32,000 bases of DNA from assembly GCF_000010625.1 (NCBI RefSeq), contig NC_010296.1, forward strand, positions 4,560,001-4,592,000, given 5' to 3'. Origin of the DNA: Microcystis aeruginosa NIES-843. GTDB taxonomy: Bacteria; Cyanobacteriota; Cyanobacteriia; Cyanobacteriales; Microcystaceae. Position numbers and translations under genes: made by a program. Positions 1 through 9,386 of the stretch are shown here, in pieces (the first letter of the stretch is position 1; the number at the start of each line of letters is the position of its first letter). The notes under the pieces were generated by a model that saw only the letters and a program-made list of their open reading frames with translations, had not been told where the DNA came from and searched no databases.

Positions 1-957
1 GAGATCGGGAAAATCGCAAATCATGTGACCATTTTCATGACAGAAGGTACGCAAGGTCAGTTCACTACCCATATTGGTGATTTGGTAGTCGTATAACTTC
101 TTGCCCCCCCCGACATCGTAGGGTGAAGCTAAACTCCAGGAATGAGGCCATAGTCCTTCGGCCCAATTGTTGACCCGCGGCCCGACATAGAAGACATTTA
201 AGGCATAAATTAAGCCGTTACTATCACTACTCAACTGACTAAAGTTAAAGCCTTGGGATTTCAAATAATTGAGGGCTTCTAGAATCAGTTCTCGGGCGCG
301 AGTACCATAGTCGATCGCTGGATCGGTATAATAGGAGCGATTATGGGCGGCGGTGTAATATTGGGTGACAACATTGGTATAGGTTAATTTTCCCTGGGAG
401 TTGTCGTAGAAATAATCCCGTACTGACCCTTTATTGCCAAATCCGGCGTAACCAGGTAGGTTACAGAAGTTGCTGACTTCCTGTTGGGAAATGCTGGCGG
501 CAACGTCGGGAAACTTAATCAAGATACATAATCCCAGATAGTTGCCCACAGTTACTGTTGAAGCTGGTCTGGCATCAGCACTGGTCGTCGCACTGATTCC
601 CTGCAGCTGAGTTTTTTTTTGCTGACGACGGACTCGCCATTGACTGAACCCTTCCTGTAGCATCGGTGCGCTCTGAGCTTGTTGTTTGGCACTCTCGGTC
701 TCGATGCTTAGATGGGGCTGGATGCCGAGGCTTTGGGGTGCTACTTGGCCGACTATCCCATCGGTGGCTATCAGTTGGCTTTTGTCTTCGGAAAGCTGGG
801 CGTAGGTGTAAAAACCATTGTCAGGGTTTTTGACCACGGTATAGCCATCTAGGGTTTCAAAAACAGCATAATACTGGTTTCCCGATCCCCTGACCCGGAT
901 AGTGCTGCCGTCGGGATTGGTGAAGGTAAATTCCTCATTCACAAAGGGTGTAGGCAT
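1..957 (-). CDS. M6-family (immune inhibitor A-like) zinc metalloprotease. This is the N-terminal 319 codons; the ORF runs off the window start.
   Basis: I translated the minus strand by hand from the ATG at 957-955, which has GGAG about 8 nt upstream. The frame stays open to position 1: MPTPFVNEEFTFTNPDGSTIRVRGSGNQYYAVFETLDGYTVVKNPDNGFYTYAQL...LTLRTFCHENGHMICDFPDL. An HExxH zinc motif (HENGH) lies at the window edge. The ORF is absent from the supplied track because it is truncated by the edge. Confidence 0.75.
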   Translation of the reverse strand, partial: MPTPFVNEEFTFTNPDGSTIRVRGSGNQYYAVFETLDGYTVVKNPDNGFYTYAQLSEDKSQLIATDGIVGQVAPQSLGIQPHLSIETESAKQQAQSAPMLQEGFSQWRVRRQQKKTQLQGISATTSADARPASTVTVGNYLGLCILIKFPDVAASISQQEVSNFCNLPGYAGFGNKGSVRDYFYDNSQGKLTYTNVVTQYYTAAHNRSYYTDPAIDYGTRARELILEALNYLKSQGFNFSQLSSDSNGLIYALNVFYVGPRVNNWAEGLWPHSWSLASPYDVGGGKKLYDYQITNMGSELTLRTFCHENGHMICDFPDL

Positions 958-1095
958 AGATTTGATTCTCCTTGCCAAAGAAATTTTGGCTTTCTCGATG
1001 AGAAGCTCTGTTCAAGAACTAAGTACAGGACAATGCACAATTTCAATAATCATCAAATTTTTCTGGGTTAACAATACGATGATCCGCGTAGGGAA

Positions 1096-1788
1096 TTATG
1101 AAGATATCGCAGCAATCTGCCCTTTCAGTAGCCCCAACTTTTCGAGGGCAACTATAACCGCTGCCGTCCGAGTTTGTACCCCTAGTTTCCCGTGAATATG
1201 TTCTAGATGTTTTCGCACGGTTCCTTCGCTACATCCGATCACTTTTGCTATGGCGGCATTACTTTTATCTTGGGCAATCCAAAATAGCACTTCTGCTTCC
1301 CTTTTAGTCAGTCCCAACAATTCTAAGGCCGCAATCGAAAAAGAGGGCAGTTCTTGTTCTTCTAAGATTAGGAGAAACTGTTCTCCGATAAGAGTGGGAA
1401 TCAGAAAAATGATTAACTGTCGTCCCTCTTGTTCTAGGCGTAAGGGTGAACAGGAAAAGGCTTGCTCATCCTTGGCTAAGAGTCGGGCAATCGGATGTTT
1501 AAACCACTTTTGCAAGGGTTCTGGTAAGGTGTTCGGGGTATGGGAGAGGGAATACTGGTACAGCAATTGTTCAGATCGTTCCGTAAGCATTTGCACGCTT
1601 CCAGCTATATCCATGACTATTAAACCTATCTGCTGGCAAAATTGGGGTAATCGTGGCTTTATTGCTTTTATTTGATTATATTTGTCCTTATTGTTTTCTG
1701 GCTCTCTCTCTGGGCTAGATAGCAAAGCTGCGAGACAGCGATCGCAACTTACCGAGAGCTTTGGCATCAATCCCATAAATTTCTCCAC
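1096..1788 (-). CDS. LuxR/GerE-family transcriptional regulator with a C-terminal HTH and an uncharacterised N-terminal domain
   Basis: The C-terminus LTKREAEVLFWIAQDKSNAAIAKVIGCSEGTVRKHLEHIHGKLGVQTRTAAV is a textbook LuxR-type HTH. The gene lies 138 bp upstream of the M6 protease gene on the same strand. Confidence 0.8.
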   Translation of the reverse strand: MEKFMGLMPKLSVSCDRCLAALLSSPEREPENNKDKYNQIKAIKPRLPQFCQQIGLIVMDIAGSVQMLTERSEQLLYQYSLSHTPNTLPEPLQKWFKHPIARLLAKDEQAFSCSPLRLEQEGRQLIIFLIPTLIGEQFLLILEEQELPSFSIAALELLGLTKREAEVLFWIAQDKSNAAIAKVIGCSEGTVRKHLEHIHGKLGVQTRTAAVIVALEKLGLLKGQIAAISS

Positions 1789-2015
1789 TATTCAAATAAT
1801 TATCACAAAATCCATCTTTCTGCCCTAGTGGTGACGCTCTTATCTCAAGGCCTAGTGCTTGCTCAGAATATCTGTACTTTTAGAAAGCAGCAAATAGGCA
1901 ACAGAAAATTAGGAAACAAACAAGAAAATATCTATGTCATCAACATCGGTCGCAGTGACAGAATTCCTGAAAACAGCCCCCTGTTAACTATAATTTCCTT
2001 TCATAAAACGCCAAT

Positions 2016-2213
2016 TCAAGTCTGAATTACATGACTGTCTGCTCTATCCTCATAGAATACCTCATTCGGGTTACGATAGTCAAGACATTTTCGAGGACGA
2101 TTGTTAATCAAGTTTACGGCTCTTTCTACCTCCTCAAACTTGGCTAAAAATACCTCTAAAGTTCGATTTATTTTTTGACGTAGCTGTGCTATAAGGTGAT
2201 GAATTATCCCCAT
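2016..2213 (-). pseudogene. IS30-family transposase C-terminal remnant
   Basis: The 65-aa ORF ends ...VERAVNLINNRPRKCLDYRNPNEVFYE. This matches the conserved extreme C-terminus of IS30 transposases (LNxRPRKxLxxxTPxEVF). No DDE catalytic core lies upstream, so it is a truncated fragment. Confidence 0.6.
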
Positions 2214-2254
2214 TAAGTTAGGATATTATCCAGGTCTTGCTAGGGATGTGATCG

Positions 2255-3247
2255 ATGAATTTACTTAAAGATAAGCAGAAAATTCGTTTTGTTGACCTTT
2301 TTTGTGGTTTGGGAGGGTTTCGAGTCGCTATTGAACAAGTTTGTCGCCAAAAAAACTTAGAATCTGATTGTGTCTTTTCCTGTGATATAGATAAAGACGC
2401 TCGGTCAATTTATCACGCTAATTTTGGCGACCAACCCCAGGGAGATATTACCGAAATTGCCGCCCTAGATATTCCCAATCACGATATTTTAATGGCAGGA
2501 TTTCCCTGTCAACCTTTTAGTATTTGTGGTGATTTAAAGGGATTTGAAGATACCAGAGGCACGCTATTTTTTGAGATTGCCCGCATTTTAAAAGCCAAAC
2601 AACCCGCAGCATTTATTCTGGAAAATGTCAAGCAATTGCAGGGACATCAACAGGGAAAAACCTTAGAAGTTATTCTCGATACTCTGCAAGATTTAGATTA
2701 CTATACCGATTACCGAGTTTTGAATGCGCTTAATTTTGGTTTACCGCAAAAACGGGAACGAATTTTTATCGTTGGTTTCCGAGAAGCGCGGGGTTTTATC
2801 TGGCCAAAACCAGCTTTATCTAGAACAACTTTAACGGAAATATTAGAGGAAAATGTCTCGGATTTTTATTATGCTTCCGCAAGAATTCAAAAAAGTCGCT
2901 TCCTGAAAAGAGAGGGAAAAAAACCTTATAGTGAACCGACCATCTGGCACGAAAATAAAGGAGGTAATGTCAGCGCTTATCCCTATTCCTGTGCCTTGCG
3001 AGCAGGAGCATCCTATAATTATTTGTTAGTGGATGGGAAAAGACGCTTAACAGCAAGGGAAATGCTACGTTTACAAGGTTTTCCCGATGATTATCAAATT
3101 GTTGGCAGTTATCAAACTATGCGAAAATTAACGGGTAATAGTGTAGCGATTTCCTGCGTAGCTGCTGTGGTTAATTCTGTGATCGAGTCTTTGTTAGATG
3201 TTGCTCAAGCATCAACTAATTCATTCTCGTTCAATCGAACAACTTAA
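2255..3247 (+). CDS. dcm: DNA (cytosine-5)-methyltransferase
   Basis: The canonical m5C-MTase motifs occur in order: I FVDLFCGLGGF, IV GFPCQPFS, VI FILENV, VIII QKRERIFIVG, X TGNSV. Target specificity cannot be read from the sequence. Confidence 0.92.
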   Translation: MNLLKDKQKIRFVDLFCGLGGFRVAIEQVCRQKNLESDCVFSCDIDKDARSIYHANFGDQPQGDITEIAALDIPNHDILMAGFPCQPFSICGDLKGFEDTRGTLFFEIARILKAKQPAAFILENVKQLQGHQQGKTLEVILDTLQDLDYYTDYRVLNALNFGLPQKRERIFIVGFREARGFIWPKPALSRTTLTEILEENVSDFYYASARIQKSRFLKREGKKPYSEPTIWHENKGGNVSAYPYSCALRAGASYNYLLVDGKRRLTAREMLRLQGFPDDYQIVGSYQTMRKLTGNSVAISCVAAVVNSVIESLLDVAQASTNSFSFNRTT

Positions 3248-3360
3248 TTAAGTTTATTTTCGACTCAGGAGTTTTAGATAGTGGTGATTATTCAAGACGC
3301 TTTTAATTCCCTATATAGACAGTAAAAGCCTAGGAGATTATAGCTTGTTTGAGTCCTAAT

Positions 3361-4011
3361 TTATGTCTCTAAAATTAGCTGACCCATTGCCTTGAGAATT
3401 TGGAGCAGATTAATTGCTGATTGAGGATACATTAAATTAAGTTCTGGCATTATTTGATAAGTGGGGTTAGTTTCTTGTCTGAGATAGACGAACATATATT
3501 GTAAGCCATTAGTCGCTAATCCCCAAACTGAGGGTTGTCTTTCTAAGCTATTGTAGGCATAAGTCAGTAATTGAGGTAATCCCTGACGTACTTCGATTCC
3601 ACTCTCTTTAGCTTCAATTACTAAAATCCAAAAAGGGATATTATTGACAGTTGATATCGAATTATTCACCGTGACAATATCAAAGCGTCCGCTAATAGTT
3701 TTATCTTCATCGACAAGGATAATATTATCAATCCCTTCTTCAACCCTAATCTTAATCGGATAACGATAAAAACCAGCTAACCGCCATAAGGGAAATAGGG
3801 TTAAAACTTTCACTTGTCCTTCTGATGCTTTATCTTCCATCAAATAGGGTCGAAAATCGTTGCGGATTTGAACAAGTTCTAATTTTTCTGCGTCGCTGAC
3901 GGTTTCCAAAGCTAAAAGCTCTGTAAATGAAACATCCTCAAGCTTTTCTTGGAAATTAAGATGACGTTGAACATCAGCAAGGGTTAGTTTACTCGTTTTG
4001 AGGGTAAGCAT
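3361..4011 (-). CDS. PD-(D/E)XK nuclease-fold protein (HsdR-N-terminal-like); possible cognate restriction endonuclease
   Basis: It carries the signature GRFDIVTV...WILVIEAKESG (D...ExK) followed by GLATNGLQYMF. It is convergent with the MTase, 113 bp tail to tail. By recollection the family resembles the small HSDR_N-type proteins common in cyanobacteria. The function is not proven. Confidence 0.5.
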   Translation of the reverse strand: MLTLKTSKLTLADVQRHLNFQEKLEDVSFTELLALETVSDAEKLELVQIRNDFRPYLMEDKASEGQVKVLTLFPLWRLAGFYRYPIKIRVEEGIDNIILVDEDKTISGRFDIVTVNNSISTVNNIPFWILVIEAKESGIEVRQGLPQLLTYAYNSLERQPSVWGLATNGLQYMFVYLRQETNPTYQIMPELNLMYPQSAINLLQILKAMGQLILET

Positions 4012-4471
4012 TGATTTAGCCAGCAGTACAGCGCTGTTTCCATGATAGCGTCAAATAGGTTTCTCGGCTGTTCTTGCTAACAAAATAAGCCAAGACAGAA
4101 ACACCAATTTAAGAATAAAGTTGCTGCGTGGGGTGCGGATTGTTGATTTGGTTTTTTTAACAGAATTGGTAGCCTTCTAACGCACTTTACACTCGTCGGC
4201 GATCTACGATCAAGTTATTTTTGAACGAAAAGCACCCCAAGGTCATATTTCTTGTAGTTAGAGGTTTGATTAGGTTGGGGATGGTGGCATGGGATTGGAA
4301 TGGGGAGAAGTGGGGTGAACTTAGGCTGAAACTCCTTCTCCCTGCTCCCTTCTCCCCTATAGTCTTAACGAGTAATTTAGATAGTCAACAGCTTACCAAA
4401 TTTAGGTTACACTTCCTCTTGATGGGAAAGACTGTATCTTGAGAAAATAATTGGGCTAAATAGACCCGAAT

Positions 4472-5326
4472 TTAGGGGGTATTTTCTGGAAAAGAATCAC
4501 TATAATTAAATAAAAATGGTACGCTATTTTTTCCCGATCCATCCATGACTAAAACCCGGGGCATTTGCGCCCCACCTTCGCGCCAAGCTTCGATCGCTTC
4601 TTTCTGTAAAACTAATCCTCCCCCCTGTTCTTTTAAAGTTTCTGCTAATAGTCTTTGTGCCTCAGCTTTCCCTTTAGCGCGATTGATTTCTGCCTGGGCC
4701 TGTTGTTCTGCTTCTTGGGTGATATAAACGGCTCTTTGGGCGCGTTGTTCCGCGATTTGTTTATCTTCGACAGCCCGAGCAAATTCCGGAGAAAAATTCA
4801 AATCTACCACACTGGTATCTAAGACTAGAATACCATACTTTTCTAACCGAGTCGATAGGGCATTATCAAAGTCTTCTTTTAACTCACTGCGTCGAGTAAT
4901 TGCCTCCTCTACTGTTCTTTTAGCGGCGGCAATTTTAAAGGATTCTTGGGTTTGAGGGGCGATAATTTTAGCGACAATATTTTGTAGGGTACCTTGGGTT
5001 CTTCTAATTGCCACTACTTGAGTCGGATCAAGACGAAAATTAATCGCAAAACTAGCGGATAAATTTTGTAAATCTTTAGTGGAACTTTGGGCAGGAACTT
5101 CAAATTTTTGCACCGTAACATCGTAGATATCGACACTAGAAACAAAGGGAGGTTTAAAGTGAAATCCCTCCAATAAAACCCCGTCCTTAGCCTTTCCTAA
5201 CACACTTAAAACCCCCGCTTGTCCGGGGGTGATAATCACATAGGCATTAAAGGCCGCTAAAATGACAATAGTGGCCAATAATCCCCCGATCAGGGAAAGT
5301 AAATTAATAGCATCTTTCTGGTTCAC
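4472..5326 (-). CDS. Prohibitin-type SPFH/band-7 membrane protein
   Basis: It has an N-terminal TM helix (LLSLIGGLLATIVILAAF), an SPFH core and an Ala/Glu/Gln-rich coiled coil (AEQRAQRAVYITQEAEQQAQAEINRAKGKAEAQRLLAE). Confidence 0.85.
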   Translation of the reverse strand: MNQKDAINLLSLIGGLLATIVILAAFNAYVIITPGQAGVLSVLGKAKDGVLLEGFHFKPPFVSSVDIYDVTVQKFEVPAQSSTKDLQNLSASFAINFRLDPTQVVAIRRTQGTLQNIVAKIIAPQTQESFKIAAAKRTVEEAITRRSELKEDFDNALSTRLEKYGILVLDTSVVDLNFSPEFARAVEDKQIAEQRAQRAVYITQEAEQQAQAEINRAKGKAEAQRLLAETLKEQGGGLVLQKEAIEAWREGGAQMPRVLVMDGSGKNSVPFLFNYSDSFPENTP

Positions 5327-5329
5327 AGT

Positions 5330-5803
5330 TTATACTCCTTGATGAGCGACTAAAGCGATAATTTTTACCGCAATTGCTTGATTGACAGGCATCACTGACA
5401 GACGATTTCCTGTCCTTACTAATAATAATTCATCGGCCGTAAAATTTTGTTTTAAAATTCCCAGGGGCAGCAGTTGGGGAAAAAGGCGATCAAACTCAAC
5501 TTTAACCGTCCACCAGCGCGGGTAATCTGGGGAGGATTTAGAATCATAGTAGGGACTATCGGTATCGAATTGTGTGGGATCGATCATATCAGTTTGCACT
5601 ACTCGCATCAAGCCGACAATCCCTGGCGGGGTGGTATTAGAATGATAAAAAAAGGCTAAATCTCCCCGTTTCATCTGACGGAGAAAATTGCGCGCCTGAT
5701 AATTTCGCACTCCCTCCCAAATAGTTTGACCATCTTTTTTTAAATCCTCGATACTATAGACATCGGGTTCCGATTTCATTAACCAGTAATTTAAATTCAT
5801 CAT
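5330..5803 (-). CDS. EVE (PUA-like) domain protein
   Basis: NYWLMKSEPDVYSIEDLKKDGQTIWEGVRNYQARNFLRQMKRGDLAFFYHS is the typical N-terminus of stand-alone EVE-domain proteins. Its stop lies 3 bp upstream of the prohibitin gene start, which suggests an operon. Confidence 0.8.
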   Translation of the reverse strand: MMNLNYWLMKSEPDVYSIEDLKKDGQTIWEGVRNYQARNFLRQMKRGDLAFFYHSNTTPPGIVGLMRVVQTDMIDPTQFDTDSPYYDSKSSPDYPRWWTVKVEFDRLFPQLLPLGILKQNFTADELLLVRTGNRLSVMPVNQAIAVKIIALVAHQGV

Positions 5804-6123
5804 TTATAGTTGTGATTAATTCACATAAGCTCAAAAATATTTTTAGCCGTTCCTGTCAGCCCTGTCACCATAGGGTTAAATATAATTCACTTTGACTGCT
5901 TTTGTAGTTCTACTCAAACAATTATTGAGGAGAATGTATCTAAAAATACTTTTGTTAGCGGCAATTTTTAAGGACTATGAGCGTTCAAGTCTAGCTATTC
6001 TTGGCAACCGTCAGTTTTTCCCTATAGGTAAAAATAATTTATTCTCCACTATTAAATCGCTCAAATAAGCTGTAAAATAGGATACATTGCTCTAAAAATC
6101 TCTAGCCAATCCATAGATTATCG

Positions 6124-7473
6124 GTGTTCCAAGCCACTCGCCGCCGTTTAGCCTTATGGTACACTGTTGTCACTGCCATACTACTGCTTTTTCTCGCTAC
6201 GGGAATGTATTTTTATGTGCGCCATACCCTAGTGGATCGCATTGATGATACCCTCAAACACATCATTGAGGTGGTAAATCGTTCCCTCGTGATCGAATCG
6301 ATTCCCCCGGATCAAGGACGTTATCGCGTCGATCCCCTCGCAAGTTTTCCCAGTCAGGGTAAATCCGTCGAGGACGATCATATAGATTTGGAATGGTTTG
6401 ATCCCCAAGGTAATCTACTTTGGTCAACTCTGGCCGAATCCTTAGATATTCCCCTCCATCCCCACCGTCAAGGGGAAACTATTCGCTTATCCGATAATCG
6501 TCTGCTGCGACAAGTAACCGAAAGGGTGGAAATCGGTCATTATGTTTTGGGATATCTGCGGGTAAGTCATCCTTGGTTTGAGGTGACAAAACCGATTAGA
6601 CAGCTATTATGGGATTTAATCGTCGGAATTTGCCTGATGATTGCTAGTGTTGCCTGGATTGGTTGGTTTTTGTCCGGTTTAGCCATTCAACCGGTAAAAG
6701 AGTCCTATCAGAGTTTAAAACAATTTACCGCCGATGCTTCCCATGAATTACGCAATCCGATCGCCACTATCCAAACTAACGTGCAAATGGCGATCGCCTA
6801 TCCCCAAACTGGCCATCAACGCTTGCAGGTGATCGATCGTTTAACGGAAAGATTGGGCAATTTAGTCAATGATCTGCTCTTTTTAGCCCGTTCTGATAGT
6901 GGCATCGTCCAACCGATCGAGCAAGCTGTACCTTTGGATGCTCTATTGATGGAAGTGGTGGAAGAACAGCGTTTAATCGCCGATAAGCAGGGAATTTCCC
7001 TCTCTTTGTCGATCGTGGAACCAGACCAAGAGGATTTTTCCTACAGCGATGAAATGTTTACTATGCAGGGAGATTGGGATCAATTAGCCCGTTTATTCAC
7101 AAATTTAATTTCTAATGCCCTAAAACACGCTTTTTTCCCCGAATCTGAGCCTAAAAATGTGGCAGTGGAATTGGAAAAAAGTAAACGCGATCGACAATCG
7201 GTGTTACTGGTACGCATCAAAGATAACGGAATCGGTATTCCCGAGGCTGCTTTGTCCCATATTTTCGATCGCTTTTATCGTCTCGATCCCGCACGACAAA
7301 ATTCTGCCACTTCCGGGGGAACAGGATTAGGATTAGCGATCGCTTTAGCGATTACCCTCAGTCATCATGGACAAATTAGCGTCGAGAGTCAGATCGATCG
7401 AGGAACAGTTTTCACCGTCACCCTACCAAAAAGCCATCAACGGGAGAAAAAAACCGAAAAGTCAGAAGCTTAA
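6124..7473 (+). CDS. Two-component sensor histidine kinase (two TM segments, HisKA and HATPase_c domains)
   Basis: It has an H-box FTADASHELRNPIA, N-box NLISNALKHA, G1 DNGIGI and G2 GGTGLGLAI. The start is a GTG with an N-terminal RRRLALWY plus TM helix. No response regulator is adjacent. Confidence 0.9.
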   Translation: MFQATRRRLALWYTVVTAILLLFLATGMYFYVRHTLVDRIDDTLKHIIEVVNRSLVIESIPPDQGRYRVDPLASFPSQGKSVEDDHIDLEWFDPQGNLLWSTLAESLDIPLHPHRQGETIRLSDNRLLRQVTERVEIGHYVLGYLRVSHPWFEVTKPIRQLLWDLIVGICLMIASVAWIGWFLSGLAIQPVKESYQSLKQFTADASHELRNPIATIQTNVQMAIAYPQTGHQRLQVIDRLTERLGNLVNDLLFLARSDSGIVQPIEQAVPLDALLMEVVEEQRLIADKQGISLSLSIVEPDQEDFSYSDEMFTMQGDWDQLARLFTNLISNALKHAFFPESEPKNVAVELEKSKRDRQSVLLVRIKDNGIGIPEAALSHIFDRFYRLDPARQNSATSGGTGLGLAIALAITLSHHGQISVESQIDRGTVFTVTLPKSHQREKKTEKSEA

Positions 7474-7493
7474 CACCTCTGACCTTTTTTTGA

Positions 7494-7566
7494 TACCCCC
7501 AAGGGAATTCGAATCCCTGTCGCCTCCGTGAAAGGGAGGTGTCCTAGGCCACTAGACGATGGGGGC
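7494..7566 (-). tRNA. trnE: tRNA-Glu (anticodon UUC)
   Basis: The minus strand reads GCCCCCATCGTCTAGTGGCCTAGGACACCTCCCTTTCACGGAGGCGACAGGGATTCGAATTCCCTTGGGGGTA. It folds as a cloverleaf with anticodon stem CCTCC/GGAGG and loop CTTTCAC. The G1-U72 pair resembles plastid and cyanobacterial tRNA-Glu. CCA is not encoded. Confidence 0.93.
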
Positions 7567-7693
7567 GTGGATTTCAGACCTTTTTAAATATAACAATAAT
7601 CTTTCCGGGAGTCAAGGGTTTTGGCCAAAATTTTTTTAATCCCGCCCTTGCACAATAGGATAGTCTAATTGAAGATGTTATCGCCCAAAATCC

Positions 7694-9178
7694 ATGGCTG
7701 CCGATCCCTATAAAAGCCGACTGTTCAACCTGATCAACCGTCGCTTGATCCGTCTGAAAGATAACCTCGGCCGCGTCTCCCGTCGCGGTCAAAATGCGAT
7801 CGCTATTGCCCTGCAAATAGCCCTCTATCCCGTCTATTTGCTGGTACAATCCCTGCGGATGACGGCTAATCAATTGGGGAACAGTCTCCAGAAACAATTA
7901 TCACCCCCCGGCAAAGAGGGGACGGATGCGATCAAAGAATTTCTACAGAGCTTATCTGACCAAGAAACGCCATTTATTGGCATAGCAGCCGATCTAGAGG
8001 ATCAAGCTTTAGTTTTCGTCACTAACGATCACCAGACTGTTAAAATCACCGATAATCAAACCCAAAGACAAATAGAAAAACAAATTAGGACGGCACTGGC
8101 TAACTACGCCCTCGAAAACCGGAAAATTAAGCGATTAAATCCTCAATATCCGCCTTTATTACCGAATTTTACCGATAAAAATCCTGTCTTGCCTCCGATA
8201 CGTTGGTTTTGGAACCTACTACGCTGGGAACAACAGGGGCAAATAGCGATCGCCATTAATCTATTCCAAGAATCCCATCTCGTCAAAACCCCGACACCAC
8301 TCTCCTTACCACTGCCTAATTTCAATTCTCAAGCGATTTTAGAAGTCATTGACGAAAAATTAGCAATTTTCGAGGCTAAATTTCTCGCTGTCTCCCCCGC
8401 AATCCCCAGCAGTGTTAGCCACACCTCTAACCCCCCTTCCGATCTCGTTAACCAGTCCCCGACTCTCGAGAAAAATTCCTCCTATCTCTGGCGACTTTAT
8501 TGGTTAATTTATGCTGCGATCGAGCATTTCTGGGCAAAAGAGAAGAATAATTTAGAATATAGTGCTGATTCACCCGCGTTATCGGCAAAATATCCCTTAA
8601 GTCTTCCTAATTCTCTGCTGATCACCTTCAAGCAACGTCTCCAGGATTGGCTAGAAAAACAAACCCAAGCGGATCCCTTCACGATCGGCAAACTCATCCA
8701 AGCGGCGATCGATCACTTCTTTTCCTCTCGCCAATCCCTGACATTTTCCGCCGTCAGCGAGCAACCATGGCTAGAATCCGCCGATATCTTGGCTATTTCT
8801 CCCCAAGACTCCGAAAAACTGCGCCTTAACCCCGCTTATCCCCTTCCCCAGTCCCCAGGCACACCAGCCGAGCCTCATAGCACAAAAAAAGCTTTTAGTC
8901 AAGAAAAACAAAATAAATCTTTACAAAAAATCCCCCCAGGAGAATCCCCCCCCGCCACCCAATTAGATCCCCGCTATGCCAAGGAAATAATTCAACCAAT
9001 TAACGAGGAATGGTTAGAAACCGAATCAACCCCCGTCGGCTACGTTAAACACCCCTTAGAACGGATTTTAGAGGGATTAGATGCGATTATTTTATGGGTG
9101 GAGGAATTAGTTATTAAAATCTGGCGTTGGTTGCGGTACAATCGACGCATTTCTAAATTACTCAAACGCAAACGCTAA
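7694..9178 (+). CDS. Hypothetical protein, Pro/Gln/Ser-rich, with a basic amphipathic C-terminus
   Basis: This is a long uninterrupted 494-aa ORF with host-like composition and HIP1 sites. I recognise no catalytic motif. The C-terminus is WVEELVIKIWRWLRYNRRISKLLKRKR. Confidence 0.55.
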   Translation: MAADPYKSRLFNLINRRLIRLKDNLGRVSRRGQNAIAIALQIALYPVYLLVQSLRMTANQLGNSLQKQLSPPGKEGTDAIKEFLQSLSDQETPFIGIAADLEDQALVFVTNDHQTVKITDNQTQRQIEKQIRTALANYALENRKIKRLNPQYPPLLPNFTDKNPVLPPIRWFWNLLRWEQQGQIAIAINLFQESHLVKTPTPLSLPLPNFNSQAILEVIDEKLAIFEAKFLAVSPAIPSSVSHTSNPPSDLVNQSPTLEKNSSYLWRLYWLIYAAIEHFWAKEKNNLEYSADSPALSAKYPLSLPNSLLITFKQRLQDWLEKQTQADPFTIGKLIQAAIDHFFSSRQSLTFSAVSEQPWLESADILAISPQDSEKLRLNPAYPLPQSPGTPAEPHSTKKAFSQEKQNKSLQKIPPGESPPATQLDPRYAKEIIQPINEEWLETESTPVGYVKHPLERILEGLDAIILWVEELVIKIWRWLRYNRRISKLLKRKR

Positions 9179-9386
9179 ATCGATCGGTTTTGGGTATAGC
9201 CGAGCGGGTAGTCTTTCTGTTGTGAGAAACTTGAGACTATCTTTAGGGACTTACCTCTATCAATCTTAGACATTTCAGCAGTTAAAGTCATGGCCATAAT
9301 CTCAAATTACCGAAATTTATCGACAAAAATAAGCTAAACTAACGGCAAAGATAATAAGTTTTGATTTTTTTTCTTCCTGAGCTGCA

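Noticed and set aside
902-1195. A 97-aa plus-strand ORF, and the 141-aa ORF at 1250-1675
   Set aside because: Both are antisense to or overlapping the M6 protease start and the LuxR gene. They are low-complexity with no motifs.
4221-4442. A 73-aa ORF in the spacer between the nuclease-fold gene and the prohibitin gene
   Set aside because: It is composed largely of G-rich and C-rich dispersed repeat sequence (WDWNGEKWGELRLKLLLPAPFSP). It is more likely a repeat element than a gene.
7574-7897. A 107-aa minus-strand ORF
   Set aside because: It overlaps the 5' end of the much longer 494-aa plus-strand ORF and the promoter region next to tRNA-Glu. It has no recognisable features.
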